From IMG/VR virus record IMGVR_UViG_3300028581_000010: 64,000 nucleotides of DNA. One strand, 5' to 3'. The stretch is from a virus. Taxonomy: Duplodnaviria > Caudoviricetes. The notes under the pieces are model-generated. The model saw only the letters and a list, made by a program, of their open reading frames with translations, was not told where the DNA came from and searched no databases. A program made the position numbers and the translations under genes. Below are positions 36,333 through 45,663 of the stretch, piece by piece (position 1 is the stretch's first letter; each line of letters begins with the position of its first letter).

Positions 36333-39099
36333 TTTTTAACTTTCTTCGCACTTTGGCGAGCTCGTCGACCTTTTTGCCGGCAACCTTGCAAAATTCTTGC
36401 AGTGTTTTGGGGCCGGCAGGGTCCACTGGAAGGTTAATATACTCATCCTCGCTCAAAAATGCGTATTTTGTGTAGTTTTTTAGGTAAATTAAGTCATTTT
36501 TGTTGCACCAGTCGCTAGACCTGTCATCTGTAATACCACTTGCGCGCCTAAATACACCCGCAACTTTCTCTGACGAGCCCTTCAAGATACCAGCTGACTC
36601 CGCAGCCAGTCTAGCCTCGTTATCTTTTGCATTTTGCGCCTCCTGTGCAACCTGCGCACGGTACTTTTCTTCTAAACTTTGAGTCCGTTGATCGGTAACT
36701 TGCTGTTGCTGCGCTTGTCTTTGTGCATTAAAGCGAGAGCTGATGTATGACTTCATGTCACCTCCAGCCTGAGCACGCGGATCTTGGCTGTAGTCCTGTT
36801 CAAACTGCAGGCGTTGCTCCTTCTTACGATTAGACGCCACCGCTAACTGTGCCTCTAGCGCTCTTTCTGCGTTTGCATTAGAGCTATTCTCTATATCTTG
36901 AGCTATTCGTTGCTGATTAGCTGTGAGCAAGCCTGTTATTGAGCCCACCGGATCTATAGCTCCTCTCCATATATTTCCAGCCACCGACCCATTAGCCCTG
37001 GAGTCCACTTGTTCTTGCAGATACTGCGGAACTTCTCCATAACGCGCTGCATCAACTAGCCGCGCTGCGCTGGTCAGATGTACAGCTGGCAGCACCCCTG
37101 AAGACATTGTTGCGGCACCTGAGCCTGCAGCTACTAGATCACCATTATATACATCGGTTGCAACCCCTAAACCTATGAGCGACTTCCCAACATTGCCCGC
37201 GAAGCGTCCAGGTCGCGAGCTTCTAGGTGTGACAGGCTGCGCAGGTTGTGGAGCTACTGCACCGCCAGCGGAAGGCCCACTAATCAATGGATGCGGTTGC
37301 CCAGGAATTATAGGCGCAGCGTTTTTCGGCGCCGGTGTGGTGAATGCAGGCCGCGGCAGAGGCTGCGTTTTTTTAGGTATAGTGCCTGGCTGCTTAGGTA
37401 TAATAGGCTGCGTTTTAATTGCTGTGTTTATCTTTGGTGGTGGGGGCAGTGTTTCCGGTACACCAGGTATCACAACTTTTGGAGCTGTACCTGGTGCAGG
37501 TTGCCGGCTACTTGCTGGTGTAAAGCCTTGCACAGGCTGCGTTAAATCCTTACTAAGTTTTTCAAGCATACTCATAGGTTGTTCTTTCTTTTGTTTATGC
37601 TCTTTAAGCTTATCCATCACCTTTGAAATAAGGTACGACCCTACAGCAAGCCCACCTGTAGCCGCCATGACCTTAAGATTCTTAATCTTCTGGTGGCGCA
37701 CATCACTGCGCAGCGTCTTAGCCGCGTCCGCAACGTCGAAGTTATACCCAACACCACGTCCTTGAATTCTCGGATTTTCGTGCTCGAGCAGTTGCTCGAA
37801 ATGCTTTCTTCTGTCGGCATGCGCCGTGTCCCACGTAACTGCCGAAGGTATCTCGTGTGTTACGTTGGAGGCATTGCCTTCAAAGTGCTTCATGAACAAG
37901 TCTCTGTTCGTATTGGGAAGCACGTTGATAATCTTACCCACTTCTTCGCCAGGCATATGCATCAGCTCGCCCACAGTGGAGCCGGGTACAGTCATCACAT
38001 AATGTGAGTCTGCAAATTTGCGTGCAACCTCGCCCTGCGGAATACGGTCGATAAAGTTCACGCCGCTAAACCTGGCCTTACCCTCAGGAGTTGCAATATA
38101 GTCCTGTAGCTCCTTGAAAAAGTTGTCGCTACGCATGCCGCGCATCTGCATCGGGTTTTTATCCCAGGTAGAGCCTAGCAGTGCGTCTAACTCAAAATTG
38201 TTGCCGTGTTTGGCCCGCATAGCCTCCACGACGTCATCTAAGAAAAAACGTTTGCTGACGTCGTACCGGCGCGTGGCATAGTTCTTGGCCCCAGGGCGCC
38301 TGAGTAGCTTATCTGCCATCGTAGCCGGCAGATCCTCAGTTCCAGCTACGGCCAGCTCATCAAATACCATAGGAGCGGCGTTTCCTCCGCCCATGGTAAA
38401 GAATGCCTTTTTTCTAGCCGCTGGCGACCAGTCCTTAACTGTGTATGGCGTATTAAATGCATCGCTTACAGGTATGTTACCCACGCGCATGCTCGGCAGT
38501 TTACCTGTGTGCTCCTCGGGCATGGTATAGTGCTCGTCTTTGCCTGGTGTCCAATATCTATGAAAGCGCTTTTTATCGCCGCGTACCGCCATGGCATCCT
38601 GCCCGGCTGTATCATATATTTTACGTGTGTTTACAAAGTTACCGGAGTCAAAGTCCGTATTCAGCCTTATCTTGACCTTACCTGCGTCTACAATTGCAGG
38701 TCTGCCAAACTCATGCCCCACGCCGATGACAGCATCATAGTCTGGTGGACTAGCTGCCTGGCGGACAACAGTGCGAGCTATTCCTTTGGCATCTTTCCCG
38801 CTGGTTGGCCATGGATCGTGGTCTACATTAAGACCTTGTTCTTTTAGCGCCTTAATCAGTGCGTGAGCCTGTGAGGAAAAGCTGTCTTTTGATGTATTGT
38901 TCGAAGCTATGTACGGCTGCGGGCCTCCCAACACGCGCACATGCGGAGTTGCGTCTAAGTTAAATACACGAGTACCTCCATGGTGCGCAAACTGCGCGGC
39001 AGTGGCTAAGCCTCCACCAGCCGCGAGCACTTTCAACGCCGTAGACGGGTCTATGGCGGGTTCATTAGGAGTTTCTTCAACTGGAGGCAGCTCGGGCAT
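36325..39099 (-). CDS. Large modular protein: GT-B (GT28/MurG-like) glycosyltransferase domain flanked by Gly-rich hydrophobic helices, plus Pro-rich and coiled-coil modules
   Basis: KKAFFTMGGG, FIDRIPQGEVARKFADSHYVMTVPGSTVGELM; separators LEKLS, SEKVAG, FCKVAG. Confidence 0.7.
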   Translation of the reverse strand: MPELPPVEETPNEPAIDPSTALKVLAAGGGLATAAQFAHHGGTRVFNLDATPHVRVLGGPQPYIASNNTSKDSFSSQAHALIKALKEQGLNVDHDPWPTSGKDAKGIARTVVRQAASPPDYDAVIGVGHEFGRPAIVDAGKVKIRLNTDFDSGNFVNTRKIYDTAGQDAMAVRGDKKRFHRYWTPGKDEHYTMPEEHTGKLPSMRVGNIPVSDAFNTPYTVKDWSPAARKKAFFTMGGGNAAPMVFDELAVAGTEDLPATMADKLLRRPGAKNYATRRYDVSKRFFLDDVVEAMRAKHGNNFELDALLGSTWDKNPMQMRGMRSDNFFKELQDYIATPEGKARFSGVNFIDRIPQGEVARKFADSHYVMTVPGSTVGELMHMPGEEVGKIINVLPNTNRDLFMKHFEGNASNVTHEIPSAVTWDTAHADRRKHFEQLLEHENPRIQGRGVGYNFDVADAAKTLRSDVRHQKIKNLKVMAATGGLAVGSYLISKVMDKLKEHKQKKEQPMSMLEKLSKDLTQPVQGFTPASSRQPAPGTAPKVVIPGVPETLPPPPKINTAIKTQPIIPKQPGTIPKKTQPLPRPAFTTPAPKNAAPIIPGQPHPLISGPSAGGAVAPQPAQPVTPRSSRPGRFAGNVGKSLIGLGVATDVYNGDLVAAGSGAATMSSGVLPAVHLTSAARLVDAARYGEVPQYLQEQVDSRANGSVAGNIWRGAIDPVGSITGLLTANQQRIAQDIENSSNANAERALEAQLAVASNRKKEQRLQFEQDYSQDPRAQAGGDMKSYISSRFNAQRQAQQQQVTDQRTQSLEEKYRAQVAQEAQNAKDNEARLAAESAGILKGSSEKVAGVFRRASGITDDRSSDWCNKNDLIYLKNYTKYAFLSEDEYINLPVDPAGPKTLQEFCKVAGKKVDELAKVRRKLKIG

Positions 39100-39146
39100 A
39101 TACTCTATATTATACAAAAGTCAACAATTCCTGGAAAGCTTTAATA

Positions 39147-39180
39147 GCTAAAAAGAGGACCGCCGCGGGTCCTCTAGCTA
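39147..39180 (-). terminator. Intrinsic terminator flanked by TAGCTA on both sides
   Basis: tagctagaggacccgcggcggtcctctttttagcta. Confidence 0.75.
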
Positions 39181-39186
39181 GAGTAA

Positions 39187-39702
39187 TTATAGCTTTGTTG
39201 CTGCGAACTCCTCTGGAAAGAACACACGAAGCACTCTAACAGCGTTTCGTACGTTTTTTCCTACCCAGATATGCTTGTCTCCGAAGTGCACAAAGCGCAC
39301 ACGGCTGTCGGTTATCTCCAGCATCAGGTTTGGGTGTGACGGGCAGATCCAGCATGTGCCTGCTCTGTGTTGGAACTTGTTCACGATCAGCGTATTAATG
39401 GCCAGATTGCCGCCTACTATACTACGAAAGGCCGCCCCCATGCTCGTCATTAGTACGTTCTGCGTTTCACAGGTGTCAAGCAGCGCATCCGTCATATGAT
39501 ATTGACGGAAGTACAGCCGCATCCACGAAGTGGCGGCGAGTACCCATATGGCAGCTACTATGTTTGCGTCCAGGCAAAATAGCACAAAACACAGCACGTT
39601 AAGCAAGTAGAGCCAGTCCGGACCTGGAAACCACTCCTTGATGTTGTTGGAGAAATGCTTAACGCTGTTGTATATCTTCTTCATATTTAATGAGTTGTAC
39701 AA
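39187..39702 (-). CDS. Membrane protein
   Basis: Two hydrophobic helices; start uncertain. Confidence 0.65.
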   Translation of the reverse strand: MYNSLNMKKIYNSVKHFSNNIKEWFPGPDWLYLLNVLCFVLFCLDANIVAAIWVLAATSWMRLYFRQYHMTDALLDTCETQNVLMTSMGAAFRSIVGGNLAINTLIVNKFQHRAGTCWICPSHPNLMLEITDSRVRFVHFGDKHIWVGKNVRNAVRVLRVFFPEEFAATKL

Positions 39703-39852
39703 TCTTTTCGAGGATTGTTATAATCTTGAGACGCTTATCCGGCGGCATGAAACCCGCAGGCTTTAGGGCCTCGCGGGCATGCACGCCTTCGGGAAATGTC
39801 CTGTTAATGATGAGAGGCGTCCTCGGCTAGCTGACGAATGTCAGCCAACGCC

Positions 39853-40182
39853 TCAGGTGAACATGCAGGTGATGGCATAAACTGAGTTCTGTGTGCACAC
39901 CACGCCGCCCTCGGCAGTTATATCAATCGCCTTCAGGGTTGATGTGACGAACTCTCCAGGAGTCTCAACTCCGTTACGAATACGTCTGGCTACCCGAATA
40001 GGCTTGCCGTATTCGATGTCGTTCAGCAGCTCACCTACGAGACTGTAGTCGATGGGTAGAGAAAGATCTTCTTCACCAGCAGGCCCAACGCCTGGAATCC
40101 ACTTCTCCATAGGACAGCTGCCTACCTTTGCGTCAGGCGCTTCTTTTAACTTCTTAACTAGTACGGTTGTACCTTTTATCAT
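39853..40182 (-). CDS. Hypothetical protein
   Basis: 109-aa ORF with ATGA overlap. Confidence 0.7.
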   Translation of the reverse strand: MIKGTTVLVKKLKEAPDAKVGSCPMEKWIPGVGPAGEEDLSLPIDYSLVGELLNDIEYGKPIRVARRIRNGVETPGEFVTSTLKAIDITAEGGVVCTQNSVYAITCMFT

Positions 40183-40364
40183 GTTTGTTTGGTTGTTGTT
40201 TGTTTGAGGTTGACCACCACGTGGGGTGTTTTCATGGCATTGATGCCGTAGTCTTTGAGCAGAATGGCGTCGGCGTCTGATAGAAGCTCTGCCTCGATTT
40301 CTGCAACCAGCTTATATTGAGCTGGATCTTTACTGGATACGTCCTTGTAAACGTAAGTGCTCAT
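40179..40364 (-). CDS. Hypothetical protein
   Basis: 61-aa ORF. Confidence 0.6.
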   Translation of the reverse strand: MSTYVYKDVSSKDPAQYKLVAEIEAELLSDADAILLKDYGINAMKTPHVVVNLKQTTTKQT

Positions 40365-40503
40365 TTTCTTCCTTTAGCTTCCAAGCGTTGTAGTAGATTT
40401 CTTCTTTCGAGTTAGGCTCCATGATAGGAAGCCAGTGCACCTCGAGAGGCGCACAGCTTCCCATCAATAGAATAAGAGCCAGCAAAAGGGCTCTAGGCAG
40501 CAT
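40330..40503 (-). CDS. Small lipoprotein
   Basis: MLPRALLLALILLMGSC lipobox. Confidence 0.55.
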   Translation of the reverse strand: MLPRALLLALILLMGSCAPLEVHWLPIMEPNSKEEIYYNAWKLKEENEHLRLQGRIQ

Positions 40504-41584
40504 TGCAGCAGTCTCTCCAGTGAGTACGATCGCTGCTGAACTGCCAGCGGTTGATGTGGAGGTCCTCAAAGGAACGATAGACGACTTTTCCTTTTTGCAT
40601 GATGTCCAACCCTGCCTCGTAGATACCTACCACGAGGCACTCATCTGGCGTGTAGCCGATCTTGGCCAACTGACCCACCCAGCGCACGAAAAACGGCCCA
40701 TAAGGCAGGTTGCTCTTCGTGAGCGCTTTGTTCTTTGGTTGTGCCGGGAGCGGACGCTTGGTGCGGTGTGTGTCATAGTTGTCGCCGGCGACAGCTCCAC
40801 AACTATATCGACTGGTCTGTTCCCATGGAACTTGTCGGGCCGAGAAGGACGTCGAGCAGAAGAACTCGTCGTTACGCTCGATAGTCTCCCCCTTTAGCAG
40901 TAGCCTCCACCCGTCGCTCACGCCCACCTGTTTTGGTGTGAGCTTATGCCTGTTCCACCACTCCTTGCCCTCGGGGGCTGGTGGGAACTCGTCGGGTTTG
41001 ATACGCAGCTCGCACCGGGAGTCTAGATTGTCGAAGTCCCCTGTGTACGTAGCCCATGCGCCGCTATCAAATACAACGCGCTTGCACTCTATGACCTTAC
41101 CTTGAGAGCGCGCCTGCCGAAACTCGGCGTATGGATCGACTTCTGGTATGATAGGTACTGCTTCGAGGTAATGAAGATCGCCGTAGCCCAATGGGCAGCC
41201 GTAGGTCGATGATGGGTCCCAGTTGTGGTCATCGTACGGGTCATAACATATGTAACGTACCTGCAGCGAGTGCTCCCAGCCCATCCCACGATACTCCCAC
41301 TTGTACCCTTCTGGCGGAGCAATAGGAGTCGGCAGGTTCCAGGGCATCCCAGCGATGCCGTGCTCGGCGGGGGCCATATAAGCTAAGTCTGAGGCATCAC
41401 ACCCCCCGCAGGACTTGCCGTCCTCTGATGAGGTTGAAGGTGCCGCCACTCCTGCGACTACCGCTCCGAGGCGATGGCACTCGTAGAAATCCGGGCGATG
41501 AAACAGAAACTCCGCAACCCTGCCGTCGCGGGTGATGGCCTTGCGGCCCTGCTTGAATTGTTCGAGGTTGAATGGATCTGGCAT
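40493..41584 (-). CDS. Multi-module hypothetical protein, paralogue of 47311..48441
   Basis: FNLEQFKQGRKAITRDGR...MAPAEHGIAGMPWNLPTPIAPPEG. Confidence 0.75.
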   Translation of the reverse strand: MPDPFNLEQFKQGRKAITRDGRVAEFLFHRPDFYECHRLGAVVAGVAAPSTSSEDGKSCGGCDASDLAYMAPAEHGIAGMPWNLPTPIAPPEGYKWEYRGMGWEHSLQVRYICYDPYDDHNWDPSSTYGCPLGYGDLHYLEAVPIIPEVDPYAEFRQARSQGKVIECKRVVFDSGAWATYTGDFDNLDSRCELRIKPDEFPPAPEGKEWWNRHKLTPKQVGVSDGWRLLLKGETIERNDEFFCSTSFSARQVPWEQTSRYSCGAVAGDNYDTHRTKRPLPAQPKNKALTKSNLPYGPFFVRWVGQLAKIGYTPDECLVVGIYEAGLDIMQKGKVVYRSFEDLHINRWQFSSDRTHWRDCCNAA

Positions 41585-41595
41585 AGTTTTATTAG

Positions 41596-41901
41596 TTAGG
41601 TGTAGTGCTCAGGCCGAGCTCCTTCACCATGTTGCGCACATTCTTGGAGATTTTCTCTCCCTTCATCAGTGCTTTTACATTTGTGTAGCTCCTGCCCAGC
41701 GGCTTCGGAGCTTTTTCCTTTTTGGTGGAGTTCATGTGAGTCGGTGGGTATTGTTGTGCGTATTCCTAGATACTTTTCCATCAGCGCACCGTACGCTTCG
41801 CCGGCGGCTTCTGAGTTGATTGGCATTATAGCCTTGAGCTCCCGTAGATACTCCCGGTACTCGGGAGTATCCATGCGAAGCGGTTCTTTTGGAGGAGGCA
41901 T
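41596..41901 (-). CDS. Hypothetical protein
   Basis: TAATG coupling; start reassigned to 41901. Confidence 0.55.
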   Translation of the reverse strand: MPPPKEPLRMDTPEYREYLRELKAIMPINSEAAGEAYGALMEKYLGIRTTIPTDSHELHQKGKSSEAAGQELHKCKSTDEGRENLQECAQHGEGARPEHYT

Positions 41902-42239
41902 TACGCCACTCCTGTCTTGCGCCAAGCCCAGAGCCATTCTCTGGCCGAGTGCTCGAGCAAACCACGATCAGCGGGATTCATGAGCCCGTAGTTGTGGTTG
42001 TACGAGAGGCAGGCGTCAGCCACCTCCTCTGCTGTCGGGTCGTCGTATACGACGTGTATGTCGTTGGTGAGCACGACATGAGTAAGATTCTCTCCACCCG
42101 TGTCGTTCTCCTGTGCAAAGTACATTCGCACCCAGACTCCGTCGGGGTCACGCCCGACAACGATTCCTTTAGTTCCGGCTGGAATCTGATCATTCAAGCC
42201 TTTCTTTAGTACCGCCAATTGCGGCTGTCGTAGTTTCAT
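41901..42239 (-). CDS. Hypothetical protein
   Basis: 112-aa ORF. Confidence 0.6.
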   Translation of the reverse strand: MKLRQPQLAVLKKGLNDQIPAGTKGIVVGRDPDGVWVRMYFAQENDTGGENLTHVVLTNDIHVVYDDPTAEEVADACLSYNHNYGLMNPADRGLLEHSAREWLWAWRKTGVA

Positions 42240-42336
42240 GATATCTGCTTAGATTACGGCCAGCGCCGTTGTAGATAGCGGCTGACGCCAAAGGCTACGA
42301 CCGCCATCATGAGTATCGAGGTAAGAGTTATTCTTC

Positions 42337-42495
42337 TCATCGGTGTATTCTTGAATGTTGTTGGTTGTGTTTGTAAGCCTCGCGACCACGGTTCATACTC
42401 TGCCGAACCTGGCCGTAGGCCAAAACAAACAGTATTGTTAGTATGCAGGCAATGATCACGTATTCCTGCGGTGTGAGTGGAAGCTTACTCTTCAT
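42337..42495 (-). CDS. 52-aa single-TM peptide with pilin-like N-terminus (not in the ORF track)
   Basis: MKSKLPLTPQEYVIIACILTILFVLAYGQVRQSM...; ATGA overlap. Confidence 0.55.
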   Translation of the reverse strand: MKSKLPLTPQEYVIIACILTILFVLAYGQVRQSMNRGREAYKHNQQHSRIHR

Positions 42496-42908
42496 GCTCC
42501 CGGTGGTAGAAATTGCGCCGTCAGGGTCTTGATGATCTTGTCAGAGATCGTCTTGAGCCTTTCGTTGTCTGCCTCGAGCTCCTTGATGCGCGTGCGCAGT
42601 ATTGGAACGCAGCTGCAGTGGACTTCGTCGGCGCACTTCTCGTCTGTTGCGTGCAGCGTAGCGTTGTCCATATCCTCCTTGAAGTCCAGAAGCTCGACGA
42701 GCTTTCTATCGATGCAGGTCAGGCACACATAGCCACCCATCTTGTCGATGCGCAGCGGCGTGTGCTTTCTTCTACCACAGGAGGCGCACTTGGTAGCCTG
42801 CACTGAAGTATACGTGTAGTTCGTATACTCCGGAAACCTTGCTTCTACAGGTGTATATGAGATGTAGCCCTGCAGGGCCTCTCGAAGTTTCTTGAACATT
42901 TTGATCAT
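42492..42908 (-). CDS. Zinc-finger plus coiled-coil hypothetical protein
   Basis: CASC...VCLTC; start reassigned to 42908. Confidence 0.65.
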   Translation of the reverse strand: MIKMFKKLREALQGYISYTPVEARFPEYTNYTYTSVQATKCASCGRRKHTPLRIDKMGGYVCLTCIDRKLVELLDFKEDMDNATLHATDEKCADEVHCSCVPILRTRIKELEADNERLKTISDKIIKTLTAQFLPPGA

Positions 42909-43360
42909 GTGATTGCTTTTTTCATTGCTACTAACTGGGCACACTCCTCGTCCAAGGCATGCAGCTTTGCCTCTATTGTCGTAACGTGGTACATGCCCCA
43001 CCAGAAGTCAAAGTCCTTGGCGTTGTTGATCTCCAACTCAGCCGGAGTGATCTTATACTCACACCTACGCGTAACATACGTGTCGAAGCCCACCTCATTA
43101 TAGAACTCAACATCTATGTTAAGCACGATACTTGTGTTGTTCTGAAGAGCGTAGCCATAAACTTCCATGTTGGCTAGTTTGGAGCTGCGTACGCCTCCTT
43201 CAGCGTTTATGTCGAACATAATTTTTGTAATGCCTGGGTTATAACAGATCTTCCTCCGTAGTTGCTGTACGAAGTATAGCTCACCCGCCTGAGCCATCAG
43301 CTGCTTGTGCTCCACACGGTTAGCTATAAACCTGTCTAGAAATGGTTTCTTCTCAGGCAT
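42905..43360 (-). CDS. Hypothetical protein
   Basis: 151-aa ORF with overlaps at both ends. Confidence 0.65.
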   Translation of the reverse strand: MPEKKPFLDRFIANRVEHKQLMAQAGELYFVQQLRRKICYNPGITKIMFDINAEGGVRSSKLANMEVYGYALQNNTSIVLNIDVEFYNEVGFDTYVTRRCEYKITPAELEINNAKDFDFWWGMYHVTTIEAKLHALDEECAQLVAMKKAIT

Positions 43361-44306
43361 GGGGCTCCAGGTATTCCATAATCTTCTCGAAGACCTTGTC
43401 GTCTGATCCGACCGCGTCGAGCCCTAACCAGCTCATGCACAGGCTGTCGTCGGAGTATTTCTCCCAGGCAACACGTATCGTGTTGTCGCTGGCCTCGTAG
43501 CCGCGTATCTTAAGAATCAGGCGCAGCTTATCCAAGTCTGCCTGGGCCTCGGGTCCAAGCGGATAGTCAGGCGGCTCGGGTTTGAGCCTCAGCTGTATGT
43601 CGCCCTGCTCCTTGAGCTCCTCCTGCACATCCAATGCATCCATACGTGCCCTTTCGCGTACTTCATACATAACCTCATCCTCCTCCTGTTGGGCGGCATA
43701 GGCGTTTGCCAGCTTGGCTAAAATATCTCCATGACAGGCGTGCGGTGCGCACCAGCAGCCCAACGTCTTGCCCACGAGTTCATGCAGGCTGTCCAGGAGT
43801 TCAGGCTGGTTGATAATCCAGTCCGCATACTTCTGCACAACTTCCTCGCGTGTACCATCCTTGCCTAGCTCGAAAGGGTTGCCCCATTTTCCTGGCCGGC
43901 CGATGTAGATATCATGTGGTGCTTTCTTGCAGTGCACCACTCTGCACTGCACGGGCTCTGGATCGCTGTATCTGTAAACAAACACGCGTAACCCTATTCC
44001 CTGAGCGGCTTGAATCATATGCGAGGTTCCATGAGACTCTCCGTCCCACAGGGCAACCAGCGCATCAGCATTTGCCGCCATATGCAGATTACGGTGAATG
44101 CCGGCACTCTTGCCGTACTTCGTCCAGTCAGCCGGATGCAGCTCGACGGGAACACCGTTATTTTTAGCCCATTCCTCTCCGAGCTTGTCAGCGCCCTTGG
44201 CGCAGCCGCTGAGAACCAGTGTAGGTACCCAGCCGCAACCTTTCATTGCAGCCGCTACGTGTGCGTAGTCGGTGCAGTCACGACTCCCTGCTATTATCGT
44301 TCTCAC
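43353..44306 (-). CDS. YspA/DUF2493-type SLOG domain fused to DUF4326 and an acidic C-terminal domain
   Basis: IIAGSR..SGCAKGAD..ADW..YGKSAG..RN..WDGESHGT..MI; IYIGRPGKWGNPF..L.G..LGCWCAPHACHGD.L. Confidence 0.88.
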   Translation of the reverse strand: MRTIIAGSRDCTDYAHVAAAMKGCGWVPTLVLSGCAKGADKLGEEWAKNNGVPVELHPADWTKYGKSAGIHRNLHMAANADALVALWDGESHGTSHMIQAAQGIGLRVFVYRYSDPEPVQCRVVHCKKAPHDIYIGRPGKWGNPFELGKDGTREEVVQKYADWIINQPELLDSLHELVGKTLGCWCAPHACHGDILAKLANAYAAQQEEDEVMYEVRERARMDALDVQEELKEQGDIQLRLKPEPPDYPLGPEAQADLDKLRLILKIRGYEASDNTIRVAWEKYSDDSLCMSWLGLDAVGSDDKVFEKIMEYLEPHA

Positions 44307-44427
44307 TGAGTTGTTTTGTTCCTTTTTGATGTTTTGGTAGATAGGGGCAGTTCTGGCAGCCCGCGCCGCAGCACTGTCCCATCGACCGTAGTATTTCCGC
44401 CGATAGCGGCTCGCACCTAGGGCGCAT
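44278..44427 (-). CDS. 49-aa Cys-rich protein (DUF5522-like; not in the ORF track)
   Basis: GQCCGAGCQNCPY; TGATG coupling. Confidence 0.7.
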   Translation of the reverse strand: MRPRCEPLSAEILRSMGQCCGAGCQNCPYLPKHQKGTKQLSENDNSRES

Positions 44428-44786
44428 CAGGGCTTGAAATCAGCCCGGTGCTGTATGAAATCATGCACATCGAATCTGTGGAAGTGAAATGTCTCAGCGA
44501 AGTCTGCGAAGGGTTTCTTTATCTCGTAGTGTTCCCAGACGCGACGTAGGTCATCAATATCCATCTGTAGATACTTTGTAGAGCGCGGTTTGTCCTTCAA
44601 CGGCTTAGGAACCACCGTGTAGTCGTTTCGCGTTAATGGAGAAGCGATCTCTCCCTTAGCCAGCATCATGTTGAGCCTCTCAATAGTAATCAAAGGCGTG
44701 CTATTTCCACCAATTACAACGCAATAGTTTTTCGAGGTGTGCTCCTTTTCGTTATTAAAAAATGTCAAAATGTCAAATAGTGTCAT
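44427..44786 (-). CDS. Hypothetical protein
   Basis: 119-aa ORF. Confidence 0.65.
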   Translation of the reverse strand: MTLFDILTFFNNEKEHTSKNYCVVIGGNSTPLITIERLNMMLAKGEIASPLTRNDYTVVPKPLKDKPRSTKYLQMDIDDLRRVWEHYEIKKPFADFAETFHFHRFDVHDFIQHRADFKP

Positions 44787-44787
44787 G

Positions 44788-45078
44788 TTAGTTTGTTAGT
44801 TGTTGTTTGAGCCAGGTCACGAACTCGTTAAAGTTCTTCTCCAGCTCGAGTATTACCATCTTTCCGTCTACCTCGCCCTTTTCAGGCCAAAATAGCTCGC
44901 CGGCCAAAACCTTGAGCAGATTGCCAGCACAGTCACCGCCATGCTGGGTAGAGAATATCTTTCTCTCTGGCCAGTTAGCATGCTTCCATGCGAACAGCTC
45001 ATAGTCGCGCTCCACACCTGGAGGCATAGCTTCTAGTCTGGCTAGTAGTTCTTTAATCAGGTACATCGTTTTCGTCAA
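44788..45078 (-). CDS. Hypothetical protein
   Basis: 96-aa ORF. Confidence 0.65.
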   Translation of the reverse strand: MTKTMYLIKELLARLEAMPPGVERDYELFAWKHANWPERKIFSTQHGGDCAGNLLKVLAGELFWPEKGEVDGKMVILELEKNFNEFVTWLKQQLTN

Positions 45079-45250
45079 ATATGCTTACCGAGATTCGTGA
45101 AGCTTTATTATGCTTAGCGCAAATCTCTAGCGCTTTTTTTAGCGTGTAGCGATAAGCGAGGCGTATGTCCGCTGTAGTCCCATCTTTTGGAGCTTTAAAA
45201 TATTGCCCAAAATAGGCGTTTATCTTGTCTATGACTTTAATTAGATACAT
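45053..45250 (-). CDS. Hypothetical protein
   Basis: Starts at the ATG within the 17-bp junction repeat. Confidence 0.6.
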   Translation of the reverse strand: MYLIKVIDKINAYFGQYFKAPKDGTTADIRLAYRYTLKKALEICAKHNKASRISVSIFDENDVPD

Positions 45251-45663
45251 GTCAGTCCTCGGGTTGCATTTCCCAGTCACAGTTGCCGCTGGCTGTGTTC
45301 CCCTCTATACATATGTTAATGGCTTCCTGTGCGGTAAACCTCCTAGCCTTGATTTTATCATCCACGAACTCGCCCAAATTCGGGCCTAGGTACATACCGC
45401 TGAGCGCAGAAGTCTTTCTAACAACTTGAATAACGTATTTCATAGTTTTGGTGGCGGTAGATCAGACGTGTCTTCGTCCGGTAGAAATATAACATCGTTG
45501 GGCTCTTTAGTCCTTCCATTCACTGTGTTGAGAATTTCCACAGCTGTCAGCAGCTTATATCTATGAGCGTGCTGTTTATCAAGTGTGTAGCCCCCGCCAC
45601 GCGCTCTCCACCATCTTCTTCCTGTTTGGCAGTATATGATTACGTCCATGTCAGTCCTCGGGT
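45248..45663. repeat. 17-bp direct repeat CATGTCAGTCCTCGGGT at 45248-45264 and 45647-45663
   Basis: Exact match; on the minus strand it reads A-CCC-GAG-GAC-TGA-C-ATG (PED* plus the next start). Confidence 0.9.

Noticed and set aside
35904-36345. Second gene-end duplication (KVRRKLKIG* versus KIKRKIKLMFGK*) at the DUF559 gene
   Set aside because: Only compositional similarity of basic residues; no clear codon-level correspondence as at 662/930
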